Source: Candidatus Planktophila sp.
Lineage (GTDB): Bacteria > Actinomycetota > Actinomycetes > Nanopelagicales > Nanopelagicaceae
Direction of reading: 5' to 3'
DNA: 52,747 nucleotides
NCBI GenBank assembly: GCA_044354355.1
Contig: JBILAD010000001.1
Span: 1-52,747 of the forward strand
Part shown: positions 41,855 to 51,958 of the stretch, piece after piece
Layout of the letters: every line of letters starts with the position of its first letter
Position numbering within the stretch: the first letter of the stretch is position 1
Notes under the pieces: model-generated
Told to the model about the DNA's origin: nothing
Database searches by the model: none
The model's input: the letters and a program-made list of their open reading frames with translations, nothing else
Position numbers and translations under genes: made by a program

Positions 41855-42615
41855 TTGTTATGTGCAGGGCAGATACTTTTAAAGTAGCACCAGTCACATA
41901 AACGCGAAGGTTTAGCGGGCCAATACTCTTTTTCAATCGAAATGAAGATGTCTTTCGCAACGCGATGCAAAACCTTCTCGGTGGCCTCTAATTCGGCCAT
42001 CGTTGGATTACTTTTTACGAGTTTGCCGTCGCCCAGATAAATCAATTGCAAAAGACGGGGGAGTACTCCGTTGTTTTTCCAATACAAGAGCGCGTATACC
42101 CGAAGTTGGAAAAGCGCTTTTTCTTCCCAACCAGGTTTGGGTGCCTTGCCTGTTTTGTAATCCACAATACGAACTTCACCAGTTGGTGCCACATCTAAGC
42201 GATCCACATACCCATGAAGATAAACATTTGTATCAAAATCGTTCTCAAGATGCATTTCTCTATGAGTTGCATCAAAAGTAGTTGGATTTTCTAAGGTGAA
42301 ATATGTTGTCACCAACGCTGAGGCTCGATCTAGCCATTCCTTCTCATTGGTCACCATTTCCAAAAGCGCCGGCTTATCTGCTAATTGAGCGCTCCATCTC
42401 GATGGCAAAAGTTCGATTGCAGATTCAATGGTGCGACCAGCAGCTGGAATCTCGAAGAGATCCTGAAGAACGGTGTGTACAAGGGTTCCGCGTTCAGCAT
42501 CCAGGGATGGCGGCTCGGGTAACTTATCGATCTTTCGATACTTGTATTGCTGCGGGCAATTCTCATACTCACTGACAGCGCTAGGCGACAGACGTAAAGA
42601 TTGTTCGTTACTCAC
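41851..42615 (-). CDS. RecB-family PD-(D/E)XK nuclease with Fe-S Cys motif
   Basis: LSPS...CP, GTLVH, GYVDRLD, VDYKTG, QLRVY, CDWC.....C; GTG 42615 lies 7 nt after TATCTT and avoids overlap with trmI. Confidence 0.88.
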   Translation of the reverse strand: MSNEQSLRLSPSAVSEYENCPQQYKYRKIDKLPEPPSLDAERGTLVHTVLQDLFEIPAAGRTIESAIELLPSRWSAQLADKPALLEMVTNEKEWLDRASALVTTYFTLENPTTFDATHREMHLENDFDTNVYLHGYVDRLDVAPTGEVRIVDYKTGKAPKPGWEEKALFQLRVYALLYWKNNGVLPRLLQLIYLGDGKLVKSNPTMAELEATEKVLHRVAKDIFISIEKEYWPAKPSRLCDWCYFKSICPAHNN

Positions 42616-42666
42616 CTGGCTGAAGATACTCGTACTTCTCTCTTTAATTTCGCCTAAGATGCACCC

Positions 42667-43518
42667 GTGTCTAATCTTGGGTATTTCGGAGCCGGTGATC
42701 GCGTTCAATTGACCGACCCAAAAGGCAAGTTATATAGCTTTACGATCACGCCCGGGAAAGAGTGGCACACGCATAAAGGTTGGATAACCCATGACGATCT
42801 CATCGGTATGCCTGAAGGGTCGGTCGTCAGTACAACGGCTGGATTAAAATTCACCGCTTTCAAACCACTGCTTGCAGATTACGTTTTAACAATGCCGCGT
42901 GGTGCAACCATTGTGTATCCAAAAGATGCCGCGATGATTATTGGTGTTGCTGATATCTATCCAGGTGCCAGAGTTCTTGAGGCTGGAGTGGGAAGCGGTG
43001 CGCTGACGATCTCACTGTTGCGAGCAGCAGGTCCTACAGGAAAAGTGCATTCAGTCGAAAGGCGCGCAGACTTCGCCGATAACGCACGTTCCAATGTGGA
43101 TGCTTACTTTGAGGGTGTATTAGAAAACTGGAGTTTGATCGTTGGTGATTTGCAAGATCAGGAGTTTGATTCTGAATTTGATCGCGTTGTATTAGACATG
43201 TTGGCCCCATGGGAGTGCGTTGATATCGCCGCACGGGCATTGCGACCAGGCGGAGTTTTCTTGGCCTATGTGGCAACTTCTACCCAGCTATCTGCAACTG
43301 CCGAAGCACTTAAAGAAGATGGGCGCTTCACCGAACCTGAGAGCTCTGAAACATTAGTTCGTGGATGGCATCATGAAGGTTTAGCTGTTCGTCCACAGCA
43401 GCGAATGATCGGTCACACTGGATTCTTGATTCAAAGCCGACGCATGGCCCCAGGTGTTGAAGTTCTTGCTCGGCGTCGACGCCCTGCGAAAGGCGCATAC
43501 GGTGTCTCGGAAGATTGA
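42667..43518 (+). CDS. trmI: tRNA (adenine58-N1)-methyltransferase
   Basis: MPRGATIVYPKD, EAGVGSGAL, LDMLAPW, HTGFL. Confidence 0.95.
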   Translation: MSNLGYFGAGDRVQLTDPKGKLYSFTITPGKEWHTHKGWITHDDLIGMPEGSVVSTTAGLKFTAFKPLLADYVLTMPRGATIVYPKDAAMIIGVADIYPGARVLEAGVGSGALTISLLRAAGPTGKVHSVERRADFADNARSNVDAYFEGVLENWSLIVGDLQDQEFDSEFDRVVLDMLAPWECVDIAARALRPGGVFLAYVATSTQLSATAEALKEDGRFTEPESSETLVRGWHHEGLAVRPQQRMIGHTGFLIQSRRMAPGVEVLARRRRPAKGAYGVSED

Positions 43519-44440
43519 GCGATTAATCAATCTAACAATCGCACTGCTTGCAACAACTAGATACCTCACAAAAACTGAAATCTTTAGAAGTGTTAAAGGC
43601 TACGAAGGAAGCCCTGAAACCAAAGAGAGAATGTTCGAACGAGATAAAGATGATCTTCGCTCTCTCGGAATTTCTATTGATGTAGGAAGCTTCGATCCAC
43701 TATTTGCCGATGAGGCTGGATATCGGATTAAGGCCGAGAATTACCAACTGGATTTGGGTGAGATCACTCCAACAGAGATTTCACTACTTTCCTTGGCCGC
43801 AGATGCTTGGCAAGATGCAGCTTTTGCAGATGCAGCACAGAGTGCGATTCTAAAACTGAGCTCCTTTGGAGTTCCTGCCGACCCGATTGATATTCCTGGA
43901 GCATCACAAAAATTATCTAATAGCTCTGCAGATCTTGAAACAATAACTGGAGCGATTGGTACTTCAGATCTCTTAGTCTTTGATTATCTATCGACCGATT
44001 TAGTCGCAGAAGAACGCACAATCATTCCCATTGCTTTATCGAATAAGTCCGGATTTTGGTATGTATCCGGTGTCGATAATCAGCTCCAAGAGATTCGAAC
44101 CTTCCGTTTGGACCGAGTGCAAGGATCTTTAACGGTGCTAAAGAATATGGATGTTTTCGAATTCCCAGCAGATTTTGAACTCAATCAGGTCGATACGGCA
44201 TTAACCCTTCGCTTTGCCATCATTGATGTCCGAAAAGGCAAAGGGCATGCGCTTCGAACGCTTGCAACATCAGTGAAAGATCTAGGGGAGTGGGATCAGA
44301 TAAGAATTCCGATCTACACGATTGAGTATTTGACGGCGCAAATTCTTTGGCATGGCGAGGATGTTTTCGTTCATGAGCCAGTGGATTTGCGCGATTCCGT
44401 TATTGCACAGCTACAGGAATTGTTGATAAATCATGAGTAA
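43502..44440 (+). CDS. pafB: HTH-WYL transcriptional regulator PafB
   Basis: KIERLINL, RMFERDKDDLR.LG, WYVSG, RTFRLDRV. Confidence 0.9.
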   Translation: MSRKIERLINLTIALLATTRYLTKTEIFRSVKGYEGSPETKERMFERDKDDLRSLGISIDVGSFDPLFADEAGYRIKAENYQLDLGEITPTEISLLSLAADAWQDAAFADAAQSAILKLSSFGVPADPIDIPGASQKLSNSSADLETITGAIGTSDLLVFDYLSTDLVAEERTIIPIALSNKSGFWYVSGVDNQLQEIRTFRLDRVQGSLTVLKNMDVFEFPADFELNQVDTALTLRFAIIDVRKGKGHALRTLATSVKDLGEWDQIRIPIYTIEYLTAQILWHGEDVFVHEPVDLRDSVIAQLQELLINHE

Positions 44441-45350
44441 GAATGTCTCCGCCCCACTTTTGCGTACCGCACGTTTGCTAGATCTTGTACCGTACTTAAA
44501 TACTCACCAGGGTATTGCATTGAAGGAGTTGGCAACTCACTTCGATGTAACGCCCGCGCAGATGAGCGCTGATCTGACTACCTTGTGGATGTGTGGATTA
44601 CCCGGGTACACACCACTTGAACTCATGGATCTTGAATTTGAATCCGGTTACGTCACCATAAGAAATGCCACCGCTTTGTCAAAGCCAAGGACAATCACCT
44701 TCCAAGAGTGTGTCGCCTTACTGCTCGGTTTGGATTTGATCGCAGCCTCCCTGCCAGATGATCGCAACGATTTGTTAGTTGCGATAAGTTCTTTGCGCCA
44801 ACGCTTGACGGATTTGTTTGGGATCCCCGTGAAGGTTTCTGCAATACCCGCAGCGTCAGGAGAAATTACCAACGCAATCACTTATGCCGTGCAAACTAGT
44901 GGGGGATTGATCATTCGATACCACTCCCTTTATCGAGATGAGATCAGCGAGAGAACGGTTATGCCTATTGATCTTTATGAATCTAGTGGTCATCAATATA
45001 TGAAGGCTTTTTGTTTTGCAGCACTGGATTATCGTGAGTTTCGAGTAGATCGTATTGAAAGTGCGAAATCGACTATTGTTTCAACAGATGTGGTCGAGCA
45101 AAAATCGAGCCCAGAGAAAATCACCTACTCCATCACAGCTAAGCAACCCTCTAGAGATGTGGCAGAGCGCTTTGCCATAGCCGATATGCCAGCTGGGGTA
45201 TCTATTGAACTTTCTTCATACTCGCGTCAATGGATCGAAAGATCTGTCATGGCATCTGGAGGCGCAGTTCTCCTTAATTCTCCTTTGGCCATTCGTGACG
45301 AGGTCGCAAAAAAGGCTCAACTGATGCTTAATCGTTACAAAGAGGCTTAA
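44433..45350 (+). CDS. pafC: HTH-WYL transcriptional regulator PafC
   Basis: [25 protein letters not shown]; follows pafB. Confidence 0.9.
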   Translation: MSKNVSAPLLRTARLLDLVPYLNTHQGIALKELATHFDVTPAQMSADLTTLWMCGLPGYTPLELMDLEFESGYVTIRNATALSKPRTITFQECVALLLGLDLIAASLPDDRNDLLVAISSLRQRLTDLFGIPVKVSAIPAASGEITNAITYAVQTSGGLIIRYHSLYRDEISERTVMPIDLYESSGHQYMKAFCFAALDYREFRVDRIESAKSTIVSTDVVEQKSSPEKITYSITAKQPSRDVAERFAIADMPAGVSIELSSYSRQWIERSVMASGGAVLLNSPLAIRDEVAKKAQLMLNRYKEA

Positions 45351-45417
45351 TTTCCACTTTTCCCACGCATGGCTCTGGTGTAGCCTTAGATTAATCATTA
45401 GCCAAGGAGTAGGTACT

Positions 45418-45600
45418 ATGAATTTAGGTCCAAGAGAGATCGTCATTCTTTTAATTGTTGTCCTCGTTCTGTTTGGTGCTAAGCGCTTGCCTGATTCTGC
45501 TCGTTCACTTGGTCGCTCAATGCGAATCTTCAAGAGTGAAATGAAGGAAATGAAAGCTGATGATGGCGTGATAGAAGAAAACGACAAAACAGAGAAGTAA
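45418..45600 (+). CDS. tatA: twin-arginine translocase TatA
   Basis: Single TM followed by [24 protein letters not shown]; SD AAGGAG. Confidence 0.95.
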   Translation: MNLGPREIVILLIVVLVLFGAKRLPDSARSLGRSMRIFKSEMKEMKADDGVIEENDKTEK

Positions 45601-45604
45601 ATTG

Positions 45605-46420
45605 ATGGCACCGGCAAATGAAGCACGGATGCCACTGCTTGACCACTTACGAGAATTACGCAAAAGAGTTCTTCGTTCGGCAATAGCTGTATTAGTTGCC
45701 TTTGGTGCAGGGTGGTACTTCTACAATCCAATAATTACCACCCTTGCAAAACCAGTCTGCGACTTAAAGGCTGCTCAGCAAGCTGGTTCAGCCAGTTGCG
45801 GCGCGTTGTATATCAGTGGTGTTTTAGGTCCACTTGATCTGCAAATCAAAGTTGCTTTACTCGTCGGTGTAATTGTTTCTGCGCCTTTTTGGCTGTATCA
45901 GTTGTGGGCATTCATTGCTCCAGCACTTCATAGAAAAGAAAAACGAACTAGCGTTCTTTTTGTTGTTGCCGCAACACCATTTTTTGCAATGGGAGCGACC
46001 TTGGGATATGTAATTCTTCCAGTTGCAATCAAGGCACTCTTTGGCTTCACACCAGATTCAATCAGCAACCTGGTTCGTTTTGATGATTACTTAGATTTTG
46101 TTCTTAGACTTATTCTCTTAGTTGGATTAGCTTTTGAGTTACCGATATTTTTACTCACCTTTAATCTCATAGGCTTCATGCGTGGAAAAACTATTCTTAA
46201 ACCATGGCGAGCATGGGTCTTTGGAATATTCCTTGTTGTGGCAGCCTTTTCGCCAACGGCAGACCCACTGAGTATGGTTTTACTTTCTGCGCCGTTGATT
46301 GTTCTCTACTTTATGGCCGGTGGTATTGCTGTCCTGGTCGACAAACGCCGTGATAAAAAGCAAGAGTCTATTGAAACTGGGTCGATGGCAATTGAGGCAC
46401 CCACACCTATCAAGGAATAG
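45605..46420 (+). CDS. tatC: twin-arginine translocase TatC
   Basis: MPLLDHLRELRKR, YQLWAFIAPAL, AFELP, PTADP. Confidence 0.96.
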   Translation: MAPANEARMPLLDHLRELRKRVLRSAIAVLVAFGAGWYFYNPIITTLAKPVCDLKAAQQAGSASCGALYISGVLGPLDLQIKVALLVGVIVSAPFWLYQLWAFIAPALHRKEKRTSVLFVVAATPFFAMGATLGYVILPVAIKALFGFTPDSISNLVRFDDYLDFVLRLILLVGLAFELPIFLLTFNLIGFMRGKTILKPWRAWVFGIFLVVAAFSPTADPLSMVLLSAPLIVLYFMAGGIAVLVDKRRDKKQESIETGSMAIEAPTPIKE

Positions 46421-46436
46421 CCGATAAGGTGCTCGC

Positions 46437-47306
46437 ATGTGGGCGTTGGTCATAAATCCTGTTTCTGGCCAGGGTAGAGGCACCACAGTTGGAACCTACG
46501 TTGCTGGTTACCTCAATCAACACTCAATAGATTTCACAATTGTTACCGGTAATTCATCAATTGCTCTGAGCGATCATCTAAGAACCTTTATTAACAAAAA
46601 TCCAGATTGTGAAGGCGTGATCGCCGTGGGTGGCGATGGGTTAATGCACATAGCCTTGCAGTTGGTTGTTCCCTCTCAGATTCCCTTCACGATCATCCCT
46701 GCAGGGACAGGCAATGATTTTGTGCGCACATTGGGCTGGGATTTGGAAGACATTGATAAACAATTACATCAAGTCATTACCACTGCGCCTTCAGCTATAG
46801 ATCTTGGTCTCGTAGATGGTGAGTGGTTTGGTGCAATTTTATCTACTGGCTTTGATTCAGTGGTCAATGAAAAAGCCAACACCATGTCATGGCCCAAAGG
46901 GCCAATGAAGTACAACGCAGCCATCGCAATTGAGCTTCCGCGCTTTAAGCCACGTCATTATGAGATCACTCTTGATGACCGGACCATAGCGACTGAGGCA
47001 ATGCTGATTGCCGTTGCAAATGGTCGCTCATATGGCGCTGGGATGCTGGTGTGCCCGAATGCCAACATAAGTGATGGGCTTTTCGATGTCATGGTTCTAC
47101 ATCCCATCTCCAAATTCGAATTTATGAAGGTGTTTCCGCAAGTTTTTGCAGGGACTCATATCTCTCATCCAGCTGTTGAAATCGTTCGCAGTAAGAATGT
47201 GAGAATTGAGTCCAAGGCGGTTGCATACTCTGATGGGGAACGCATTGGACAACTTCCTATCTCGGCAGAGTGCATTCATGATGCGGCATTGACGTGGGTG
47301 GCATGA
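46437..47306 (+). CDS. diacylglycerol kinase/YegS family lipid kinase
   Basis: NPVSG, GGDG, PAGTGNDF, YGAGM, DGE. Confidence 0.92.
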   Translation: MWALVINPVSGQGRGTTVGTYVAGYLNQHSIDFTIVTGNSSIALSDHLRTFINKNPDCEGVIAVGGDGLMHIALQLVVPSQIPFTIIPAGTGNDFVRTLGWDLEDIDKQLHQVITTAPSAIDLGLVDGEWFGAILSTGFDSVVNEKANTMSWPKGPMKYNAAIAIELPRFKPRHYEITLDDRTIATEAMLIAVANGRSYGAGMLVCPNANISDGLFDVMVLHPISKFEFMKVFPQVFAGTHISHPAVEIVRSKNVRIESKAVAYSDGERIGQLPISAECIHDAALTWVA

Positions 47307-49678
47307 GTACGCCGGCGGAGCGATATGCCGCGGCTAAATTGCGCGGTCAGCATCCAATAACGACAGAGTTCATTCAGACCTTTGAATTTGAGTTTGATCA
47401 GTTCCAGATAACTGCTTGCCATGCTGTCGAAGACGGTAAGGGTGTCTTAGTTGCAGCTCCGACTGGTGCAGGTAAAACTGTCGTAGGTGAATTTGCTGCC
47501 TACTACGCATTACAAGCTGGCAAGAAGTGTTTCTACACAACACCGATCAAGGCACTTTCAAATCAAAAGTACTCCGAGTTCGTTGCAAAGTTTGGTGAAG
47601 ATCGAGTTGGTTTACTCACCGGTGACACTAGCATTAATGGTGAGGCCGAAATCCTTGTCATGACCACAGAGGTTTTGCGAAATATGTTGTATGCGGGATC
47701 TAACACCCTGACAAATTTGGGGTGCGTTGTTATGGATGAGGTTCACTATCTGGCAGATAAGTTCAGGGGAGCGGTCTGGGAAGAGGTGCTCATTCATTTA
47801 ATGGAGAGCGTTCAGGTCATTTCTTTATCTGCAACTGTTTCGAATGCAGAAGAGTTTGGTGAGTGGCTTGGCGAAGTTCGCGGCGAGACTGAAGTGATTG
47901 TGAGTGAAATTCGCCCAATCCCACTATTTCAGCATGTCCTCATTGGTAACCGTTTGTTGGATCTTTTTGATGCACCAGGTCGCGTTAATCCAGAAGTCTT
48001 AAATCGTGAGCGCGAGATGACTAGACGAGCTGCACTCGGAAGAAATCGCCGAGGCCGCTTTGCCGAACCAAGTGATCGCTTATCCCGAGCAGACATTATT
48101 GAAAAGCTACAAGGTGAGAGTTTGCTGCCTGCGATAACTTTTATCTTTTCCCGCATAGGTTGTGATGCTGCGGTCAAGCAGTGTCTTCAAGCCGGGTTGC
48201 GCCTAACCTCTACTGAAGAGCGCGAGGAAATCAAACGCACCGCACTTCGATACACCCAAAATATTGCAGAAGAGGATCTAGAGGTTCTCAATTTCAAGGA
48301 GTGGCTCACCGCATTGGAGCGCGGCATTGCCGCCCACCATGCTGGCTTGCTACCAAGTTTTAAGGGCGCTGTCGAGGATCTTTTCCAGCGTGGTCTAGTT
48401 AAAGCGGTCTTTGCAACAGAAACTTTGGCACTTGGTATCAATATGCCTGCGCGAACAGTAGTTTTAGAAAAGCTCATCAAATTCAATGGTGAAGCACATG
48501 TGCCCATAACACCGGGGGAGTACACCCAGCTCACTGGTCGAGCTGGTCGTAGAGGAATTGATATCGAAGGAAATGCTGTTATTCAATGGTCGCCAACAGT
48601 TGATTCCGCTTCAGCTGCAGGCTTAGCGTCAACTCGTACCTATCCATTGCGCTCTTCTTTTTCACCCTCATACAACATGTCAATCAACTTAATTGCTCAG
48701 TTCGGCAGAGACCGTGCACGTCGTTCACTTGAATCCTCATTTGCACAGTTCCAAGCAGACCGCGCAGTTGTCGGGCTAACCCGACAGATTCGAAAGAATG
48801 AATCTGCGATTGAAGAATTGAAGCGCGATTCTAGTTGTCATCTTGGTGAGTTTTCTGAGTATGCACGCCTTAGACGATCGATCAAAGAGGTAGAAGTTCT
48901 TTTGAGTAGACGAGATCAAAGAAAGACTTTCGATAATCGTCAACGCAGTCATATGGAAGGTGAATTAGCAGATCTACGTAAAGCGATGAAGAACCATCCT
49001 TCGCATGGCTGCGCAGAGCGAGAAGATCATGCGCGACTTGCAGAACGTGCTGGTCGCTTAACTAGGGAAAATGATGGTCTAACCGTGAGGGTAGAAAGTC
49101 GGACCCACGTCATTGCAAAAACCTTTGATCAAATATGTCGAGTTCTGGACCATTTGCAATACATCGAAGGCGAAAAGCCAACTGCGCAAGGAAAAATTCT
49201 TACAAAGATCTATGCAGAATCCGATCTCCTATTGACTGAATCCATTCGTAGAGGATTGTTAGATGATCTCAACGCTACTGAATTGTTATCAGTGGTTTCC
49301 TGCATAATCTTTGAATCAAGATCTGCAGAAAACCTGGCACCAAAGATGCCAAGTCAAAAAGTACAGTCAACTATCACTGAAATAATCTCTCTATGGGCAG
49401 CCCTTGAGGAGATTGAAAGTAACTTTGGAGTTAAAACTCAGCGCGAACCTGATGCTGGTTTCTGCTTTATCTCCTATAAATGGGCAAGCGGTAACTCACT
49501 TAATAGCGTTCTTAAGGGCACAGATATGTCTGTGGGAGATTTCGTGCGCTCTACAAAACAGCTCATCGATCTTCTCAATCAGATAGCCGGTGCAAGCGAT
49601 AAGTTACGCCCAGTCTGCAAAGATGCGGTCAAACGGCTAGACCGGGGAGTGGTCGCATACCTCATGGGGGAAATATGA
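47303..49678 (+). CDS. helY: Ski2-like DEAD/DEAH RNA helicase HelY
   Basis: APTGAGKT, PIKALSNQK, DEVH, SAT, QLTGRAGRRG; C-terminal GDFVR. Confidence 0.92.
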   Translation: MSTPAERYAAAKLRGQHPITTEFIQTFEFEFDQFQITACHAVEDGKGVLVAAPTGAGKTVVGEFAAYYALQAGKKCFYTTPIKALSNQKYSEFVAKFGEDRVGLLTGDTSINGEAEILVMTTEVLRNMLYAGSNTLTNLGCVVMDEVHYLADKFRGAVWEEVLIHLMESVQVISLSATVSNAEEFGEWLGEVRGETEVIVSEIRPIPLFQHVLIGNRLLDLFDAPGRVNPEVLNREREMTRRAALGRNRRGRFAEPSDRLSRADIIEKLQGESLLPAITFIFSRIGCDAAVKQCLQAGLRLTSTEEREEIKRTALRYTQNIAEEDLEVLNFKEWLTALERGIAAHHAGLLPSFKGAVEDLFQRGLVKAVFATETLALGINMPARTVVLEKLIKFNGEAHVPITPGEYTQLTGRAGRRGIDIEGNAVIQWSPTVDSASAAGLASTRTYPLRSSFSPSYNMSINLIAQFGRDRARRSLESSFAQFQADRAVVGLTRQIRKNESAIEELKRDSSCHLGEFSEYARLRRSIKEVEVLLSRRDQRKTFDNRQRSHMEGELADLRKAMKNHPSHGCAEREDHARLAERAGRLTRENDGLTVRVESRTHVIAKTFDQICRVLDHLQYIEGEKPTAQGKILTKIYAESDLLLTESIRRGLLDDLNATELLSVVSCIIFESRSAENLAPKMPSQKVQSTITEIISLWAALEEIESNFGVKTQREPDAGFCFISYKWASGNSLNSVLKGTDMSVGDFVRSTKQLIDLLNQIAGASDKLRPVCKDAVKRLDRGVVAYLMGEI

Positions 49679-50577
49679 CATTGATGCTGTTAGACAGCGC
49701 TTCTCTTTGGTACCGGGCTTACTACGGAATGCCAGACACATTATTGGCACCGGATGGAACTTCTGTAAATGCTATTCGTGGATATATTGATATGACGGCA
49801 CGATTAATGAATGTTTATAAGCCCGATCGTTTAGTTGCCTGTCTAGATGGAGATTGGCGTCCCAGTTGGCGCGTAGATATTTTTCCAGCCTATAAAGCTA
49901 ACCGTCTCGAAGAGGAAGGCGAAGAGGAAGAGGAACCAGAGACACTTACTCCTCAAATTCCGATTCTTCTAGATCTGCTGGATTTATTTGGCATACCCGT
50001 TGTTGGAGTTGATGATTACGAAGCCGATGATGTCATGGCCACTTATGCTGAAATTGAAAAAGGACCCATACGAATTGTCACAGGAGACCGAGATCTTTTT
50101 CAGATGGTTGATGATAAACGCGACATCAAAGTTGTTTACCTCGCAAAGGGAATCTCGCAACATGATTTAGTTGACATTAAATATGTGGCAGATAAATACA
50201 ACATTCCTGGTGATCGCTATGACCTCTTTGCGATGTTTCGTGGGGATCCATCAGACGGATTACCTGGCGTGAAGGGGATAGGTGAAAAAGGAGCAGCTGT
50301 CATCGCTAATCACTTCGCAACAGTAGAAGAAGCGTTAGATGCCGCTCACGCAGCACATGATTCGTTACCGCCGGCCCTTGCCAAGAAAATCATTGCCGGA
50401 GCTGACTATTTGAAGATCGCCCCGAAGCTAGTTCGGGTTGCACGTGATGCACCACTTCCAAAGGTTGATCTATCAATTCCTAAAGCTCCAAAAGATCTCT
50501 CCGAGATTTACCAGTTCAAAGAGCGTTACGCATTAGGTGCAAGCGTTGATCGTTTGATTAGTGCTTTAGGTTGGTAA
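49675..50577 (+). CDS. standalone 5'-3' exonuclease / flap endonuclease
   Basis: YKANR, YEADD, TGDRDLFQ, GDPSDGLPGVKGIGEK. Confidence 0.92.
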   Translation: MTLMLLDSASLWYRAYYGMPDTLLAPDGTSVNAIRGYIDMTARLMNVYKPDRLVACLDGDWRPSWRVDIFPAYKANRLEEEGEEEEEPETLTPQIPILLDLLDLFGIPVVGVDDYEADDVMATYAEIEKGPIRIVTGDRDLFQMVDDKRDIKVVYLAKGISQHDLVDIKYVADKYNIPGDRYDLFAMFRGDPSDGLPGVKGIGEKGAAVIANHFATVEEALDAAHAAHDSLPPALAKKIIAGADYLKIAPKLVRVARDAPLPKVDLSIPKAPKDLSEIYQFKERYALGASVDRLISALGW

Positions 50578-50584
50578 GTCTGCC

Positions 50585-51958
50585 TTGGTAAACCTTCTCT
50601 TATCCGTACTTGCAGGGTTGCTACTCAGTGGTGCATTTGAGCCAATAGCAAAGTGGTGGTTGGCACCTATCGCCCTCTTGGTGCATATGTATGCAATCGA
50701 GCGAACAGATCGCAGGGTGCTATCTGCCTTCGTATTTGCATTCACCTTTAATGCTTTTCTACTTCATTGGACTAGTACCTACGTTGGTTCAACACCTTGG
50801 ATCATTCTGAGCATTGGTCTATCTCTCCTATACATGCCTTTGGCATTGATTGGGCGTTGGGGGATAGCCGCTTATCCCTTGATATTTGTCATCCTTGAAG
50901 AAGTGCGAAATAGATTTCCCTTTGGTGGTTTTGGTTGGGCAAGAGTCGCATATTCTCAAGCAGATGCTCCGTATGCAGCGATCGCAGCTAGAGGGGGAGT
51001 GATATCACTTTCGGCGATAACTGTTCTTCTGGCTGCCTTTGTTTATTTTGCTGCGCAAAAAAATGTAAAACTGCTATTTGTCTTACCGTTATTGACTTTG
51101 CTAATTCCAAATAACATAGTTGAAAGTAATCAAACATCTGTTCTAATGATTCAGGGTAATGTTCCAGAATTAGGGTTAGATTTCAACGCTAGGGCTAAGG
51201 AAGTTTTCAATAATCATGTTGCACAAACAAAAGTTGCATTGGCTGAAAATAGGGAAGTCGACTTTATTGTTTGGCCGGAAAATTCAGTCGATGTAGATCC
51301 ATATACAAATAAAGATGTATATGAGCAATTAGAGTCTTTTGATAAACCACTGATCATCGGTGCGATCCTCGTAAAAGGCGAAAAACTATTTAATACTTCA
51401 ATATTGTGGGGCGATAAGATGCAAGATATCTATTTTAAGCAGCATCTAACTCCCTTTGGTGAATACATCCCATTGCGCTCTTTTGCTCAGAAAATCTCAC
51501 CTTTGGTCAATCAAGTTGATGATTTTTCACCTGGTAACGGGCAGAAAACCTTCACAATCGGTCGAGCAAGAGTCGCTCCGGTGATCTGTTTTGAACTCAT
51601 TGATGATGAAATCCTTGCAAAGGCGGCCAAAAATTCCAACATCTTGGTTGTTCAAACCAACAGTGCGACCTTTGGAACATCGGCAGAAAGTGCCCAACAA
51701 TTGTCGATAACCCGGATTCGAGCTATTGAGCATTCCCGAAATATTGCATCAGTGTCGACAACTGGAATTTCAGCAATTATCGATTTTGATGGAAAAGTAG
51801 TTCAACAGACATCTATGGGCACAGCCGAGCATGTATTTGCATCTGTTGGACTGATTGAACAGAGTTCCCTGAGAGATCGAATAGGTGATTGGGCCAGCGT
51901 TTTCACGCTCGTGTGGTTGCTCGTGGTTGCCCGTCGAGCGTACACCTTACGCCGATAA
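50585..51958 (+). CDS. lnt: apolipoprotein N-acyltransferase
   Basis: FPFGGFGW, QGN, VWPEN, KQHLTPFGEYIP, ICFE. Confidence 0.94.
   Translation: MVNLLLSVLAGLLLSGAFEPIAKWWLAPIALLVHMYAIERTDRRVLSAFVFAFTFNAFLLHWTSTYVGSTPWIILSIGLSLLYMPLALIGRWGIAAYPLIFVILEEVRNRFPFGGFGWARVAYSQADAPYAAIAARGGVISLSAITVLLAAFVYFAAQKNVKLLFVLPLLTLLIPNNIVESNQTSVLMIQGNVPELGLDFNARAKEVFNNHVAQTKVALAENREVDFIVWPENSVDVDPYTNKDVYEQLESFDKPLIIGAILVKGEKLFNTSILWGDKMQDIYFKQHLTPFGEYIPLRSFAQKISPLVNQVDDFSPGNGQKTFTIGRARVAPVICFELIDDEILAKAAKNSNILVVQTNSATFGTSAESAQQLSITRIRAIEHSRNIASVSTTGISAIIDFDGKVVQQTSMGTAEHVFASVGLIEQSSLRDRIGDWASVFTLVWLLVVARRAYTLRR

Noticed and set aside
41851-42615. CRISPR-Cas or defence system suggested by a Cas4-like nuclease, WYL proteins and a helicase
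   Set aside because: No repeat-spacer array or cas1/cas2; these are the standard actinobacterial RecB-family, PafBC and HelY genes in their usual synteny
42616-42708. Head-to-head overlap of the nuclease and trmI ORFs in the ORF track
   Set aside because: Artefact of longest-ORF calling; GTG 42615 with its own -10 removes the overlap
49908-49936. GAAGAG-rich low-complexity run
   Set aside because: Encodes an acidic loop (EEEGEEEEE) in the 5'-3' exonuclease; not a repeat element
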